Shown here in pieces: positions 38,423-46,546 of a stretch of DNA of 64,000 nucleotides (position 1 is the stretch's first letter; every line of letters starts with the position of its first letter). Below the pieces are notes generated by a model. The model ran no database searches and was not told the DNA's origin. It saw nothing but the letters and a program-made list of their open reading frames with translations. The stretch is from a virus (taxonomy: Duplodnaviria; Caudoviricetes). The stretch is from the IMG/VR virus record IMGVR_UViG_2721756095_000004, positions 35,705-99,704 of that record; one strand, written 5' to 3'. The position numbers were made by a program, and so were the translations under genes.

Positions 38423-38929
38423 CTACGATTGAGGTTTTTGAGCGGGGATGAAGGAAATCTCGATTTTCGATAGAATCGGCTTGTCGGGATCACCGCCTTC
38501 AAGGGCGGTAGTTGTACGATCCCCATATTTCTTTGGAGACAATCTTGCGGCGACCCACTTACGCGCATCGACTCTCAGCCTGGAGCGGGCGATAGCTTCG
38601 TGGTTCGTTACCTCGCGTCCGTCCTCGGCAACAATGACATCGTTTGCGGCGTCATCAGCAATATCAATGATGGCTTCAAAATGAACATCAGCCGAGAGCT
38701 CCTTGGCCTTTATGTATTGCTGCATAAATTCTTGATCAGAATCAAGCCAGTTCCATAAAGCGCGCTGGCTGATACCGAGTTCTATGCACATCGACCTTGC
38801 GGACTTACCGAGAGCGATGCCTTCAAAGATAGCGGAGCGTAAAGCGGGTGTCTTGATCGATGGCGCTCCCGCCTTTCTTTTGACGGTGCCGGGCTTGCGC
38901 TTTTCCGTCGGTTTCTTTTCCCCAGTCAC
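38423..38929 (-). CDS. terS: Terminase small subunit (Sf6-like)
   Basis: IA.G.S....C HTH, F..QY..A, I..IAD, RL..DARKW....L.PKKYG. Confidence 0.93.
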   Translation of the reverse strand: MTGEKKPTEKRKPGTVKRKAGAPSIKTPALRSAIFEGIALGKSARSMCIELGISQRALWNWLDSDQEFMQQYIKAKELSADVHFEAIIDIADDAANDVIVAEDGREVTNHEAIARSRLRVDARKWVAARLSPKKYGDRTTTALEGGDPDKPILSKIEISFIPAQKPQS

Positions 38930-39285
38930 GGCAACGCGTGCAGTAAAGCCGAGCCGTTACGCACGCACTCAATCCTCACAAGGCGCGGCGGGGTAACTGG
39001 CTGCATGTTGAACGAACGCTCCAGCGGTTCCCCGCAACACGCGCACATGCCATTCTGTGAGTCAAACAACTCTTGCCGCTTCCGGTCATTGGCTTCGCAT
39101 CTTTCGAAATCTGCTAGCGCAAAATCATCGGCAACGAAACTGAACGGATCACCGCACCATCTGCCATCCGCAGGCTCTGACTTAAGCAAATCCTCTTCTG
39201 TTGCGTACGGGCGCGTTGAAAAGACAACGCCATCTGAGGTCCGCCATGCGCGCTTCCAAAGGATTACGCCGCTACTTTGCGCCAT
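38926..39285 (-). CDS. Hypothetical protein with CxxC pairs
   Basis: Coupled to both neighbours; Q.G.CACC..P. Confidence 0.55.
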   Translation of the reverse strand: MAQSSGVILWKRAWRTSDGVVFSTRPYATEEDLLKSEPADGRWCGDPFSFVADDFALADFERCEANDRKRQELFDSQNGMCACCGEPLERSFNMQPVTPPRLVRIECVRNGSALLHALP

Positions 39286-39563
39286 TACTTATCTCCTAAC
39301 GAATGATTACAGCCTCGTACCGCAGCCCTGAGCATCACTTCACAGGCAGAACGCTCTTCGATCTCCGACCGCAACGCCCTATTGATCGTCAAGGCGTCGT
39401 CTTTGATGGATACCTTGTCTACCGCATAAGCATCCTTGCACTCAGCGGGAAGCGTGACTTCACACGGTACAGGCACGAGCTTTTCAACTACGTGCGTTTC
39501 GACAACCGGTTTACCTGCGCATCCCACTAGCGCCAGCACCAGGATTAAGCTACTCGGCCGCAC
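39285..39563 (-). CDS. o-spanin-like lipoprotein
   Basis: LVGC lipobox, VPVPC, overlaps upstream i-spanin; RBS GGAGG. Confidence 0.7.
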   Translation of the reverse strand: MRPSSLILVLALVGCAGKPVVETHVVEKLVPVPCEVTLPAECKDAYAVDKVSIKDDALTINRALRSEIEERSACEVMLRAAVRGCNHSLGDK

Positions 39564-39939
39564 GGCGACCTCCCACATATTCCCGCTGCTCCCTCTCTAC
39601 TGCCTGGCACTGAGTCTCACCTGGGCGAACGGGCAACCCGTTACGAAGCTCCGCGGCCAAGTCTGAATGCTTCTTGGCAGATACCTGAGCCAACTTCATC
39701 GCCGCCTGAGCTTCGAGTTCTTTGGCTTCCAGCGCGTCGGTGACTTCTTTTACCCCAGCCTGAACCGTACCAATGTCGGTAGCGCATTTATCGTTCGATG
39801 CTCGCAGCACTACATTCTCTGATCCGAGCCGCTGCACCTCCTTGCCAGAGCGCCAATCGCTAACGACGAAGCCGCCACCGAAAGATAGCGCAGCAAAGAC
39901 AGCGATGATGATTGCAGTGATAGCGGGACTCGCAAACAT
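39550..39939 (-). CDS. i-spanin (Rz-like)
   Basis: N-terminal TM ending GG..V..WR, long coiled coil, Cys near C-terminus. Confidence 0.7.
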   Translation of the reverse strand: MFASPAITAIIIAVFAALSFGGGFVVSDWRSGKEVQRLGSENVVLRASNDKCATDIGTVQAGVKEVTDALEAKELEAQAAMKLAQVSAKKHSDLAAELRNGLPVRPGETQCQAVEREQREYVGGRRAAE

Positions 39940-39944
39940 TGTTT

Positions 39945-40295
39945 CTACAGCTCGCTACGATGGATTAAGGACTGGATGCGGTCCAGGCTTGAGTCGATGG
40001 AATTAATACGCTGATTGAGTTGTTCAAGAAACTCTGGCATAGGGGGCAACGCTGGCTCCGAGCCGTTAACGCTGCCGCTGGATACAGAATCAGGCCGAAG
40101 CACGCCAGCGAAAGCTTTCTCCAAACTGGCAGCGAGCATTTCAAGCCGCTGCGCCTGATGATCTAGACTCTCCAATACGCGTCCGCTGCACTTTTCCCGC
40201 ATTACGGCCTCTTCGTTAAGACCGCTATCCACCCGAATCTTCGCTGCACGCAGACCCACCATTCCGCCGCTGGAGTTCATTTTGTTTTCGCCCAT
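39945..40295 (-). CDS. Hypothetical coiled-coil protein, first late gene
   Basis: ORF in operon orientation; L..VLRP, helical end; start may be 40280. Confidence 0.6.
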   Translation of the reverse strand: MGENKMNSSGGMVGLRAAKIRVDSGLNEEAVMREKCSGRVLESLDHQAQRLEMLAASLEKAFAGVLRPDSVSSGSVNGSEPALPPMPEFLEQLNQRINSIDSSLDRIQSLIHRSEL

Positions 40296-40358
40296 AAAAA
40301 AAGCCCGCCGAAATTGGCAGGCCAGAAATGTAAAAACCCACCGGGTTAGGGGTGGGTT
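40296..40358 (-). terminator. Two tandem terminators at the head of the late operon (tR'-like)
   Basis: AACCCACC..GGTGGGTTTTT and GCCTGCC..GGCGGGCTTTTTTT downstream of the Q-like gene. Confidence 0.7.
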
Positions 40359-40440
40359 AGGTTTCGGAGTGAATATTTCGCACTCTATATAAATACTTCT
40401 ATCACGTTCCCGAGAAAAAGCAAGCCTTATTCGTTTAAAT

Positions 40441-40470
40441 TTGACCCGTAACTAACTGAACCTATATGAT
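40441..40470 (+). promoter_or_regulatory. Sigma70-like promoter for antisense gene 40482
   Basis: TTGACC-18-TATGAT. Confidence 0.5.
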
Positions 40471-40481
40471 GCCCCTCTTTT

Positions 40482-40811
40482 ATGGAGAAGCAACAAATGG
40501 ATATTGATCCACTGCCGATTGGCGACATCCTTCCATGCATCGATATAAATGACGCAGGGTGGGGTGGTTCAGACGTCCGGAAACTTCTGTGCCCAGTTTG
40601 CAGTGGCTCATATAATCATATGGAACCTTCGTATTTAAAGGATGGAGGTGACAACTACGATGCCAAATGGGGCGGAAGAGGAGATCTCACTGTTGTCCCG
40701 ATGTGGGGTGAATGTGGTTCGAAGTGGGAGGTATGTATTGGCTTCCATAAAGGCGAGAGTTTTATGTTCACCCGAGTCTCTCAGTCATGCAAGGATCAAA
40801 AAAACCCTTAA
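40482..40811 (+). CDS. Moron-like hypothetical protein with Cys/His cluster
   Basis: Antisense to neighbours, own promoter; CPVC...H, EC...W.....HKG; start may be 40497. Confidence 0.65.
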   Translation: MEKQQMDIDPLPIGDILPCIDINDAGWGGSDVRKLLCPVCSGSYNHMEPSYLKDGGDNYDAKWGGRGDLTVVPMWGECGSKWEVCIGFHKGESFMFTRVSQSCKDQKNP

Positions 40812-40838
40812 GAGCGCACCGTTCCTTCGATTAGATCG

Positions 40839-41363
40839 CTACGCATAATTCCATTCGCGCGCAATCAACCCGTGCGACTCTAAATCTTCTGCCATATCAG
40901 CCATGGCGCGACTGTGGATCACGTCAAGCATGTTATAAACCCCACGTCGAATAGCAACCACCATGTCATTCCCGCACGCGAGGTCATATCTGATGGATTT
41001 GTGGCTAATGGTTTTTCCAAAGTAACACAACAACAGTTTATACGCCCCTCGCCTGCCGTGAATCCCGGTACCCAGCGCCTGGAATATCCTGTTCATCATC
41101 ACAGTGACATCTTCCGGCTTCGTCATGCCCCCGAACCTCGCCGCGATGTACTCCCGGTAAGCCGGATCCTCTAACCGCTCTGCTATGCCGATTATCGCCG
41201 CGGCTTGAGCGTGTTGCTCATGCACCGATAAGTGCGACAGCAACAGATTCTGACCGGATCGCCGCGGAGTACCGCACATTGCGTTGACGCTCGATAGCTT
41301 TACGATCGGCGTTGCAGAAACCTGATATGCCCAGGCAAGGGCGCTGTGAGCGCTATGAAACAT
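40839..41363 (-). CDS. Late antiterminator Q-like protein
   Basis: Last gene of nin region before terminators; MF.S...AL.WAY, QA..I, C-terminal HTH-like. Confidence 0.6.
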   Translation of the reverse strand: MFHSAHSALAWAYQVSATPIVKLSSVNAMCGTPRRSGQNLLLSHLSVHEQHAQAAAIIGIAERLEDPAYREYIAARFGGMTKPEDVTVMMNRIFQALGTGIHGRRGAYKLLLCYFGKTISHKSIRYDLACGNDMVVAIRRGVYNMLDVIHSRAMADMAEDLESHGLIAREWNYA

Positions 41364-41565
41364 TGCGTAATCCTCCACGTTTGGCGATGCGTACGAGTTC
41401 CCGCAAATGAATTGACCGGCTTTGGCTGTAGTAACGATCCTTGCGCTGCCGTTTTGGTTGCGGTTTGGGTGCGGGCTGGTCCTGGCGGTTTGATCGGGCA
41501 ATAAGGCCATCACAAATCTCTTCTGGCGATCTGTACATCCAAGATGGGAGAATGGCCGTTTTCAT
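41353..41565 (-). CDS. Hypothetical nin-region protein
   Basis: LPSW.Y..P; in operon. Confidence 0.5.
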   Translation of the reverse strand: MKTAILPSWMYRSPEEICDGLIARSNRQDQPAPKPQPKRQRKDRYYSQSRSIHLRELVRIAKRGGLRNVS

Positions 41566-41695
41566 TTCCGCTCTATCTCCCTGATAATTAATCCAGTGCA
41601 CGCAAGGATTACGGGCACCAATGTCGCCGGCTGATCGCCAAGCGACTCGACCACAATAAATAGCAGCGCAGACAAACTCATCCAGGACGAAGTTC

Positions 41696-41866
41696 TCATC
41701 GTTTACGCATCCTGTTAATCACCCGCGACCGCTGAGCCATGCGCTTGATGGAGCGCTCTTGATTGCGTTTGGGTGATCCGGATGGGTTGGCTCTTCTCTG
41801 CTCGCCATGTTGTGGCATTGAAGACATAGCAAAAGCGATCGCGTTTAAGACACTTCTTAAGCTCAT
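41696..41866 (-). CDS. Small basic hypothetical protein
   Basis: ATGA overlap with upstream gene. Confidence 0.4.
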   Translation of the reverse strand: MSLRSVLNAIAFAMSSMPQHGEQRRANPSGSPKRNQERSIKRMAQRSRVINRMRKR

Positions 41867-42159
41867 TTCACCACCTTCAATTTTCCGCTCTCCCATAGAT
41901 AGTTCTGCGTCTTAACGAAAGCGCGTAGCCAAGTTGCCTGCTTGTCTTCCCGGTCCATATAATCAAGCATCTTGTGAGCCGTGTTGCAGAGGAACGCTAC
42001 AGCCCAATCGTTGCTTTTATGCCCATGCCCGCGTCCGAATATCTGACTATCGCTATGCGCCGGATCGCATCCTTGCCAGCCGTGACACTCATGCGGGAAG
42101 TCGGCGAAGCATGGGGCTTTGTGGGCAAGGTCAAGGAACGATCGGTTGCGATAGGTCAT
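41863..42159 (-). CDS. DUF1364/YbcO-like His-Me nuclease-domain protein
   Basis: YR....L, PC......C.G.....AH......G.G.K..D....F.C...H. Confidence 0.75.
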   Translation of the reverse strand: MTYRNRSFLDLAHKAPCFADFPHECHGWQGCDPAHSDSQIFGRGHGHKSNDWAVAFLCNTAHKMLDYMDREDKQATWLRAFVKTQNYLWESGKLKVVK

Positions 42160-42347
42160 CGCTTTCCCATTAATGCGGGATCTGTTGTGTCCACTATTAA
42201 CCTTTCGGCCTGCTTATCTAAAGCCATTTTCATAAAGCGCATTTCTCTTTTGGCGATAACAAGTCTCTCAGCAAGGACTCTTGGATCTCTTGTTTCCTCC
42301 AGAATGTCATTGATTGCACGCTCTCTATCCTCTGCCGCATTACCCAT
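42156..42347 (-). CDS. Hypothetical protein
   Basis: Short helical ORF overlapping upstream gene. Confidence 0.4.
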   Translation of the reverse strand: MGNAAEDRERAINDILEETRDPRVLAERLVIAKREMRFMKMALDKQAERLIVDTTDPALMGKR

Positions 42348-43012
42348 GCCCTAGCCTCCTTTGATGGTGGCGCGTAGGTACCTCGCCAAGCTGAATCGAT
42401 TCCAATGTTTTGTGCGATGTTGGTGCTATCAGCCGATGCGAACGGCAAGCGACTGAAAACGTCAGGGTTGAGCATCCTCAAGCCGTGCAATTTGCAGATC
42501 GGCAAACCGGATCGGTCGCAAATAGCATTCATCGCCTCAGCCATGCGATCCCACCAACGCGCATTTCCTACCGCTGCAAACTCGCCACTGCTCCCGATGC
42601 AAACGCGCGGGAAAGTATTTGCCAATCTGACTAGCCTCTCTATGGATTCGTGCATGTGCCAAACAGGGGCGCCAATCCAGGGCGCGGTAGTGCGCCAGGG
42701 CCACTCTTCTAGCAACTCATCGTTAGCCGCTTCGTCGCCGTCGATAACGTCGGGGATTACGGCAAAGTCGAATGTCGGGACTCGATGCAATCCGCCAACC
42801 CATGCGTAATACCTACTCCAGTCTGTAACGGGCTTCCCGCTTTTCCACGCGCTGAAAGCCCCATTGTCTACAGCAAAGGATTGGCAAATTTCGAGAGCTA
42901 AACTGAGTTGTTCGGGCGAGCGAAAGGAGATGAAAGCATGGCCGGCATTAATCGCCGCAACGGCAGCTGTAGCGCCCTGATTCGTGATCGGCAGCCCGTG
43001 GTAATGAATCAC
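42230..43012 (-). CDS. TGT/DpdA-like TIM-barrel protein
   Basis: DNGAFS, IPDVI.G, PVWH, IGS, LHGL, SADST resemble the transglycosylase motif series. Confidence 0.5.
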   Translation of the reverse strand: MIHYHGLPITNQGATAAVAAINAGHAFISFRSPEQLSLALEICQSFAVDNGAFSAWKSGKPVTDWSRYYAWVGGLHRVPTFDFAVIPDVIDGDEAANDELLEEWPWRTTAPWIGAPVWHMHESIERLVRLANTFPRVCIGSSGEFAAVGNARWWDRMAEAMNAICDRSGLPICKLHGLRMLNPDVFSRLPFASADSTNIAQNIGIDSAWRGTYAPPSKEARAWVMRQRIESVQSMTFWRKQEIQESLLRDLLSPKEKCAL

Positions 43013-43446
43013 GCATACCTCCTATTCATCATTTCCTCATCCTCTGGCCGCTCCGGTTCGCTCCATTGCACACCATGCTCGCTACCATAGGCAGCAACGT
43101 ACTCGATCAGGCTGGCCATGCGCTTTACAGACATCTGCGCCGAGCTTTCCCGGATATTGGCAAACTCTCCTTCCAGCCCAGGCACGATGTCAGCGCCCAA
43201 CCCTGTCGCTATGGCGTGGCCAGAAATAAACAGCACCTTCCACTGATCCTTGGTGAGCGTCCTGCCCATGTATTTCAGTTGGCGCGCCACATCGCCGCAC
43301 ATCGCGTGGAAACGCCCGCTCTGAATTTCCTTGCGCGTCTTTGGTTTAATCTGGCACATGAAATCCGCTGGAGCCCGATCTATGCACTGATGAGCGAATT
43401 GCTTTTGCTTGAGGCCGACTAGAAAGATGGTTTGTTTGTCGTTCAC
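43009..43446 (-). CDS. ninB: NinB/Orf recombination protein
   Basis: TR...Q...FHAM..D.A.Q, WK..F, PGL.G, S..M....M..LIEY..A.G....V.W. Confidence 0.9.
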   Translation of the reverse strand: MNDKQTIFLVGLKQKQFAHQCIDRAPADFMCQIKPKTRKEIQSGRFHAMCGDVARQLKYMGRTLTKDQWKVLFISGHAIATGLGADIVPGLEGEFANIRESSAQMSVKRMASLIEYVAAYGSEHGVQWSEPERPEDEEMMNRRYA

Positions 43447-43610
43447 TTTTGCGCCTCGTCAAGAAACTTCCTGAGCTCGTCTCTCGCGGCCTTCAAACTA
43501 TTAAACGAGGACATCGGCCTATCCGCGAACATCTCGAGCCATTTATGAGCATCCTCAGCGGCAGCCAGAAGGTTCAGGGGATTACCCTCTCCGTCCCATT
43601 CGGCTTTCAC
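43443..43610 (-). CDS. 55-aa hypothetical protein
   Basis: MKAEWDGEGNPLN...; GTGA overlaps on both sides; translated by hand. Confidence 0.45.
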   Translation of the reverse strand: MKAEWDGEGNPLNLLAAAEDAHKWLEMFADRPMSSFNSLKAARDELRKFLDEAQK

Positions 43611-43900
43611 GCCTCCAACTCCTTCACAACTCGCAACACGTCATCCAGCGACTCGACTATTACAGCCTCTCCTCGCCAAGCATCCAAGAACACTCTCTCC
43701 AGTGGCGTAAGTTGCCTAGCGCTGGGCGGCTTGCTGCCATCCTTGACTTCTACAATCACTGTCTTTCTGTTCTTTGCCACAACCAAATCCAAGCATCCCT
43801 TTAGCTGGCTAATGATCAGCACAGAACAGCCCATCTTGCGGAATGCTTCGACTATCTCGGGTTGATTGGCGTCTACCTTGGCGGCGCGGCGGAAGGTCAT
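43607..43900 (-). CDS. VRR-NUC-like PD-(D/E)XK nuclease / resolvase
   Basis: RAAKVDANQ.EIV, DL.V, EVKDG.K......LT..E. Confidence 0.85.
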   Translation of the reverse strand: MTFRRAAKVDANQPEIVEAFRKMGCSVLIISQLKGCLDLVVAKNRKTVIVEVKDGSKPPSARQLTPLERVFLDAWRGEAVIVESLDDVLRVVKELEA

Positions 43901-44064
43901 TTCAGCTTGCACTCGTACAATTTGCCGTTGAGCTTGACTGCGCCGTAATTCTCACAGTCGGCAGATGTAGCGGATTTGTCTGCCACGACGCCAGCGCCGA
44001 ATGCCAAGAAAAATACCGCGACCGAAAGCAGTATCACCATCATCCCTTTCGCAAAATCAGACAC
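43897..44064 (-). CDS. 55-aa membrane-anchored peptide
   Basis: MSDFAKGMMVILLSVAVFFLAFGAG...C...G....GK.YECK; translated by hand. Confidence 0.5.
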   Translation of the reverse strand: MSDFAKGMMVILLSVAVFFLAFGAGVVADKSATSADCENYGAVKLNGKLYECKLK

Positions 44065-44239
44065 TCTCAACCTCCTTCATTATTTTGCGCATAGCATTCA
44101 CGTCATCGATCAACTCATTCGCCTTTGCTTTCCCGCGATGTTTCAGGACGCCTTCGTAATAGGTTTGGCGGCGGGTATCATCCATTTTCATAACGTATCG
44201 GGCCTCGCATTCGCGGCGGTGTTGTTCGGAGTCATTCAC
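44057..44239 (-). CDS. Small conserved phage protein
   Basis: SE.HR..CEARY......R..Y...V...RG. Confidence 0.65.
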   Translation of the reverse strand: MNDSEQHRRECEARYVMKMDDTRRQTYYEGVLKHRGKAKANELIDDVNAMRKIMKEVESV

Positions 44240-45054
44240 GACTCACTCAATTCCGGCTCTTTCTGCGAGCAGACGGAATGCTGTTGCTGCGCATAAGGGA
44301 ACTTGCCCGTTGCCGAGGGATCGAATTCTGTCCATCCGATGGGCCACCCCATGAACCACTCGGCCCACGTTGGGTTCAGCGGGCCACCTATCACTTGTGG
44401 CAGCACTTCTCCCTGCTTGCCACCCGTTCTTTCCATCCTGCTTTTCCCCGGATAACGGTAGTCCCTGGCACAAATTGTGGGATAGAGCTTTACTTGCGCG
44501 CTCAGCTTCGGCTCTCCCCTGCTGTTCCATTTGCCGTTCACCCTGTCGTGCGCATCGTCCGCCGTTAGCGTTTGCCACAATCCAGATTCGCTCTCGCAAG
44601 TGGGGTGCACCAACATCGGCTGCGGATAACACTCCCCATTCCGCATCAAACCCCATCGCGGCAAGGTCAGCGAGCACCCGGTCAAGTCCTCGATTAACGA
44701 GAGCTGGGCTGTTTTCAATGAACGCGAAACGGGGTCGTACTTCGCCAATGATCCGCGCCATTTCCGACCACAATCCGCTTCGCTCTCCTGTGATTCCGGC
44801 GCCCTTTCCTGCAACGCTAATGTCCTGGCAGGGAAAGCCTCCAGATACGACATCAACAATTCCGCGCCACGGCTTTCCGTCAAAAGATTCAACGTCAGAC
44901 CAAATTGGGAAAGGCGCGAGAATTCCATCGTTTTGTCGTTGCGCCAGAACTTGTGCTGCGTAGGCATCACGTTCAACTGCGCAGACTGTTCGCCATCCGA
45001 GGAGCTTGCCGCCGAGTATTCCGCCACCAGCGCCTGCGAAAAGAGCCAGCTCAT
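44236..45054 (-). CDS. Out-of-frame beta subunit of C5 methylase (motif IX); start uncertain
   Basis: LPRWG.M..G, repeated W/Y.T..A.D, LNP.W.EW.MGWP.GWT; GTGA-coupled to next gene. Confidence 0.7.
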   Translation of the reverse strand: MSWLFSQALVAEYSAASSSDGEQSAQLNVMPTQHKFWRNDKTMEFSRLSQFGLTLNLLTESRGAELLMSYLEAFPARTLALQERAPESQESEADCGRKWRGSLAKYDPVSRSLKTAQLSLIEDLTGCSLTLPRWGLMRNGECYPQPMLVHPTCESESGLWQTLTADDAHDRVNGKWNSRGEPKLSAQVKLYPTICARDYRYPGKSRMERTGGKQGEVLPQVIGGPLNPTWAEWFMGWPIGWTEFDPSATGKFPYAQQQHSVCSQKEPELSES

Positions 45055-45058
45055 TCAC
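44243..45058 (-). CDS. DNA cytosine-5 methyltransferase, alpha subunit
   Basis: LFAGAGG (I), GGFPCQ (IV), ENS (VI), H.RERIW (VIII), LGNGQVP (X). Confidence 0.92.
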   Translation of the reverse strand: MNELALFAGAGGGILGGKLLGWRTVCAVERDAYAAQVLAQRQNDGILAPFPIWSDVESFDGKPWRGIVDVVSGGFPCQDISVAGKGAGITGERSGLWSEMARIIGEVRPRFAFIENSPALVNRGLDRVLADLAAMGFDAEWGVLSAADVGAPHLRERIWIVANANGGRCARQGERQMEQQGRAEAERASKALSHNLCQGLPLSGEKQDGKNGWQAGRSAATSDRWPAEPNVGRVVHGVAHRMDRIRSLGNGQVPLCAATAFRLLAERAGIE

Positions 45059-45702
45059 CCAACGCTCCGCAGTTGCTTCATTTCCGGTTGCTCGACCGCA
45101 TCACTCAGCCGCTTGAATCCAATCGAAGGTTTATCCGTCCCGCCGTTGAGCACTTGCCGAGCCTTCAATTCGTTGCCAATCAGCACCGGTGCATCAGCCT
45201 TGAATCCCTGTTTCTCGTTGTGCGCAGTTGCGATTCCCATCAGCTTTGCCGGATATTCCGGGATCTCGCTGCGCACCCGAAAGCCGCGGTAACGGTTCTC
45301 GAATTCCTTTGCAACGAACGGCCATTCATCCTCGTTTTTTGTCCCGAATCCGATCCAGCCGCCCATGTCCTGGATTACTCGATGGATGAGAGGATCATCG
45401 AAAACCACATCAGCATATGTGCCGACGTGCCGCACTGCTTTATCGACCTTCGCCCAGGCACGTAAGGCCGAATCTTGAGTTGAGCCTTGCAGCATGCGGA
45501 TGATGTCGGCGGGCTTTGGCGCGTACTGTCCAGCGTCGGGATTTGCAAGGTGGCGATTGAATGCATCGACTACTGCCGCCAAGTCATAACCCTTCAGCGC
45601 GTTCCACCAGACATCGAGCGCGAAGGTGGAAACGCCTTTTCCGTAGAAACCCATCACGCCGGAAATACCTTCGTGGAATTTAGAAAAGTCATCAGTTTGC
45701 AT
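45055..45702 (-). CDS. Helicase-loader-like replication protein (DUF6475-like)
   Basis: Follows initiator; WW..L..Y, PKPAD, A..AW, V.FDDP.IH.V...GGW. Confidence 0.75.
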   Translation of the reverse strand: MQTDDFSKFHEGISGVMGFYGKGVSTFALDVWWNALKGYDLAAVVDAFNRHLANPDAGQYAPKPADIIRMLQGSTQDSALRAWAKVDKAVRHVGTYADVVFDDPLIHRVIQDMGGWIGFGTKNEDEWPFVAKEFENRYRGFRVRSEIPEYPAKLMGIATAHNEKQGFKADAPVLIGNELKARQVLNGGTDKPSIGFKRLSDAVEQPEMKQLRSVG

Positions 45703-46546
45703 GCTGTCTCTCCCTCAGTTCTGGCGGCATCCAGCCGGCTGTTGCTGCGCGGTTTGATTCTTCGAGTGCTTCTTGTTTGTTGGGTAAGCGGCCATGGTGG
45801 AGAACGAGTTTTGCGGCCTCTTCGCGCTGGCGTTTGACGGTTCCGAGTACGTAGGCAAACTTTGCGTTGCCCTTGGATGCAGCGTTCCTGGCTGCGTAGG
45901 CAAACTCATCTTCCGTTGCCCCGGCTTCCAGCAATGCCAGCAGTGTTGGATGATGCGGATTGCAGCCATGGATGCCGTTGCTCATCATGGTTTTGCAACA
46001 AGCTCCGGCTAATCCTGGTTTGATTGGAATCACACGCGCTTGATCGGCAAGTTCTACGTACTCAGGATGAGTAATAGACTCTGTGTGTATTACCTCTGGT
46101 TTTAATGGTTCTTGGTTTACGGTTCTTGGTTCTTGGTTTTGGTTAGTTGAACATTCGTTGAACGGCTGTTGAACATCTGTTACCCCCCTATTCAACGGCT
46201 GTTGAGAAATAGGCGTTTTGTTCGCCCTTTTTGCAGCGCTTGCGCGGCCCGCCGCAGATTTCGACTCGATATTGCTGTGATACTTCTCGATTTCTTTCTC
46301 ACAGCGTTCCTGATACCAGCCATGTTCTGTTTCTGTGAAAAACTCGGTCAACACCTGTTGAACGGCTGTTACTTCTTCGTCTGTTCTTGCTATAACTTTC
46401 CTGCACAAAGCCTTCATATCGGCGGTAAGCGGACCCTCGGTGTCGTAATAAAGCTCGATTAGGTCACGATAGATACTCCGCTCTGTGCGAGTTAAATGCC
46501 TTGTGGCGCTATTGAAGTCGCCGATGTGATGTGGGTAGTAGTTCAC
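45692..46546 (-). CDS. Replication initiator (YdaU/DUF1376 N-terminus)
   Basis: MNYY.HHIGD....T.HL...E...YR.L...YY..E.PL; internal iterons. Confidence 0.85.
   Translation of the reverse strand: MNYYPHHIGDFNSATRHLTRTERSIYRDLIELYYDTEGPLTADMKALCRKVIARTDEEVTAVQQVLTEFFTETEHGWYQERCEKEIEKYHSNIESKSAAGRASAAKRANKTPISQQPLNRGVTDVQQPFNECSTNQNQEPRTVNQEPLKPEVIHTESITHPEYVELADQARVIPIKPGLAGACCKTMMSNGIHGCNPHHPTLLALLEAGATEDEFAYAARNAASKGNAKFAYVLGTVKRQREEAAKLVLHHGRLPNKQEALEESNRAATAGWMPPELRERQHAN
46107..46206. repeat. Probable replication origin iterons inside initiator gene
   Basis: Three tandem 11-mers GTTGAACATTC / GTTGAACGGCT / GTTGAACATCT at 46146-46178, related copies near 46191 and 46357, adjacent GGTTCTT repeats. 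Confidence 0.7.

Noticed and set aside
44370-44963. Third long ORF over the C5 methylase
   Set aside because: Antisense and motif-free, unlike the same-strand second frame
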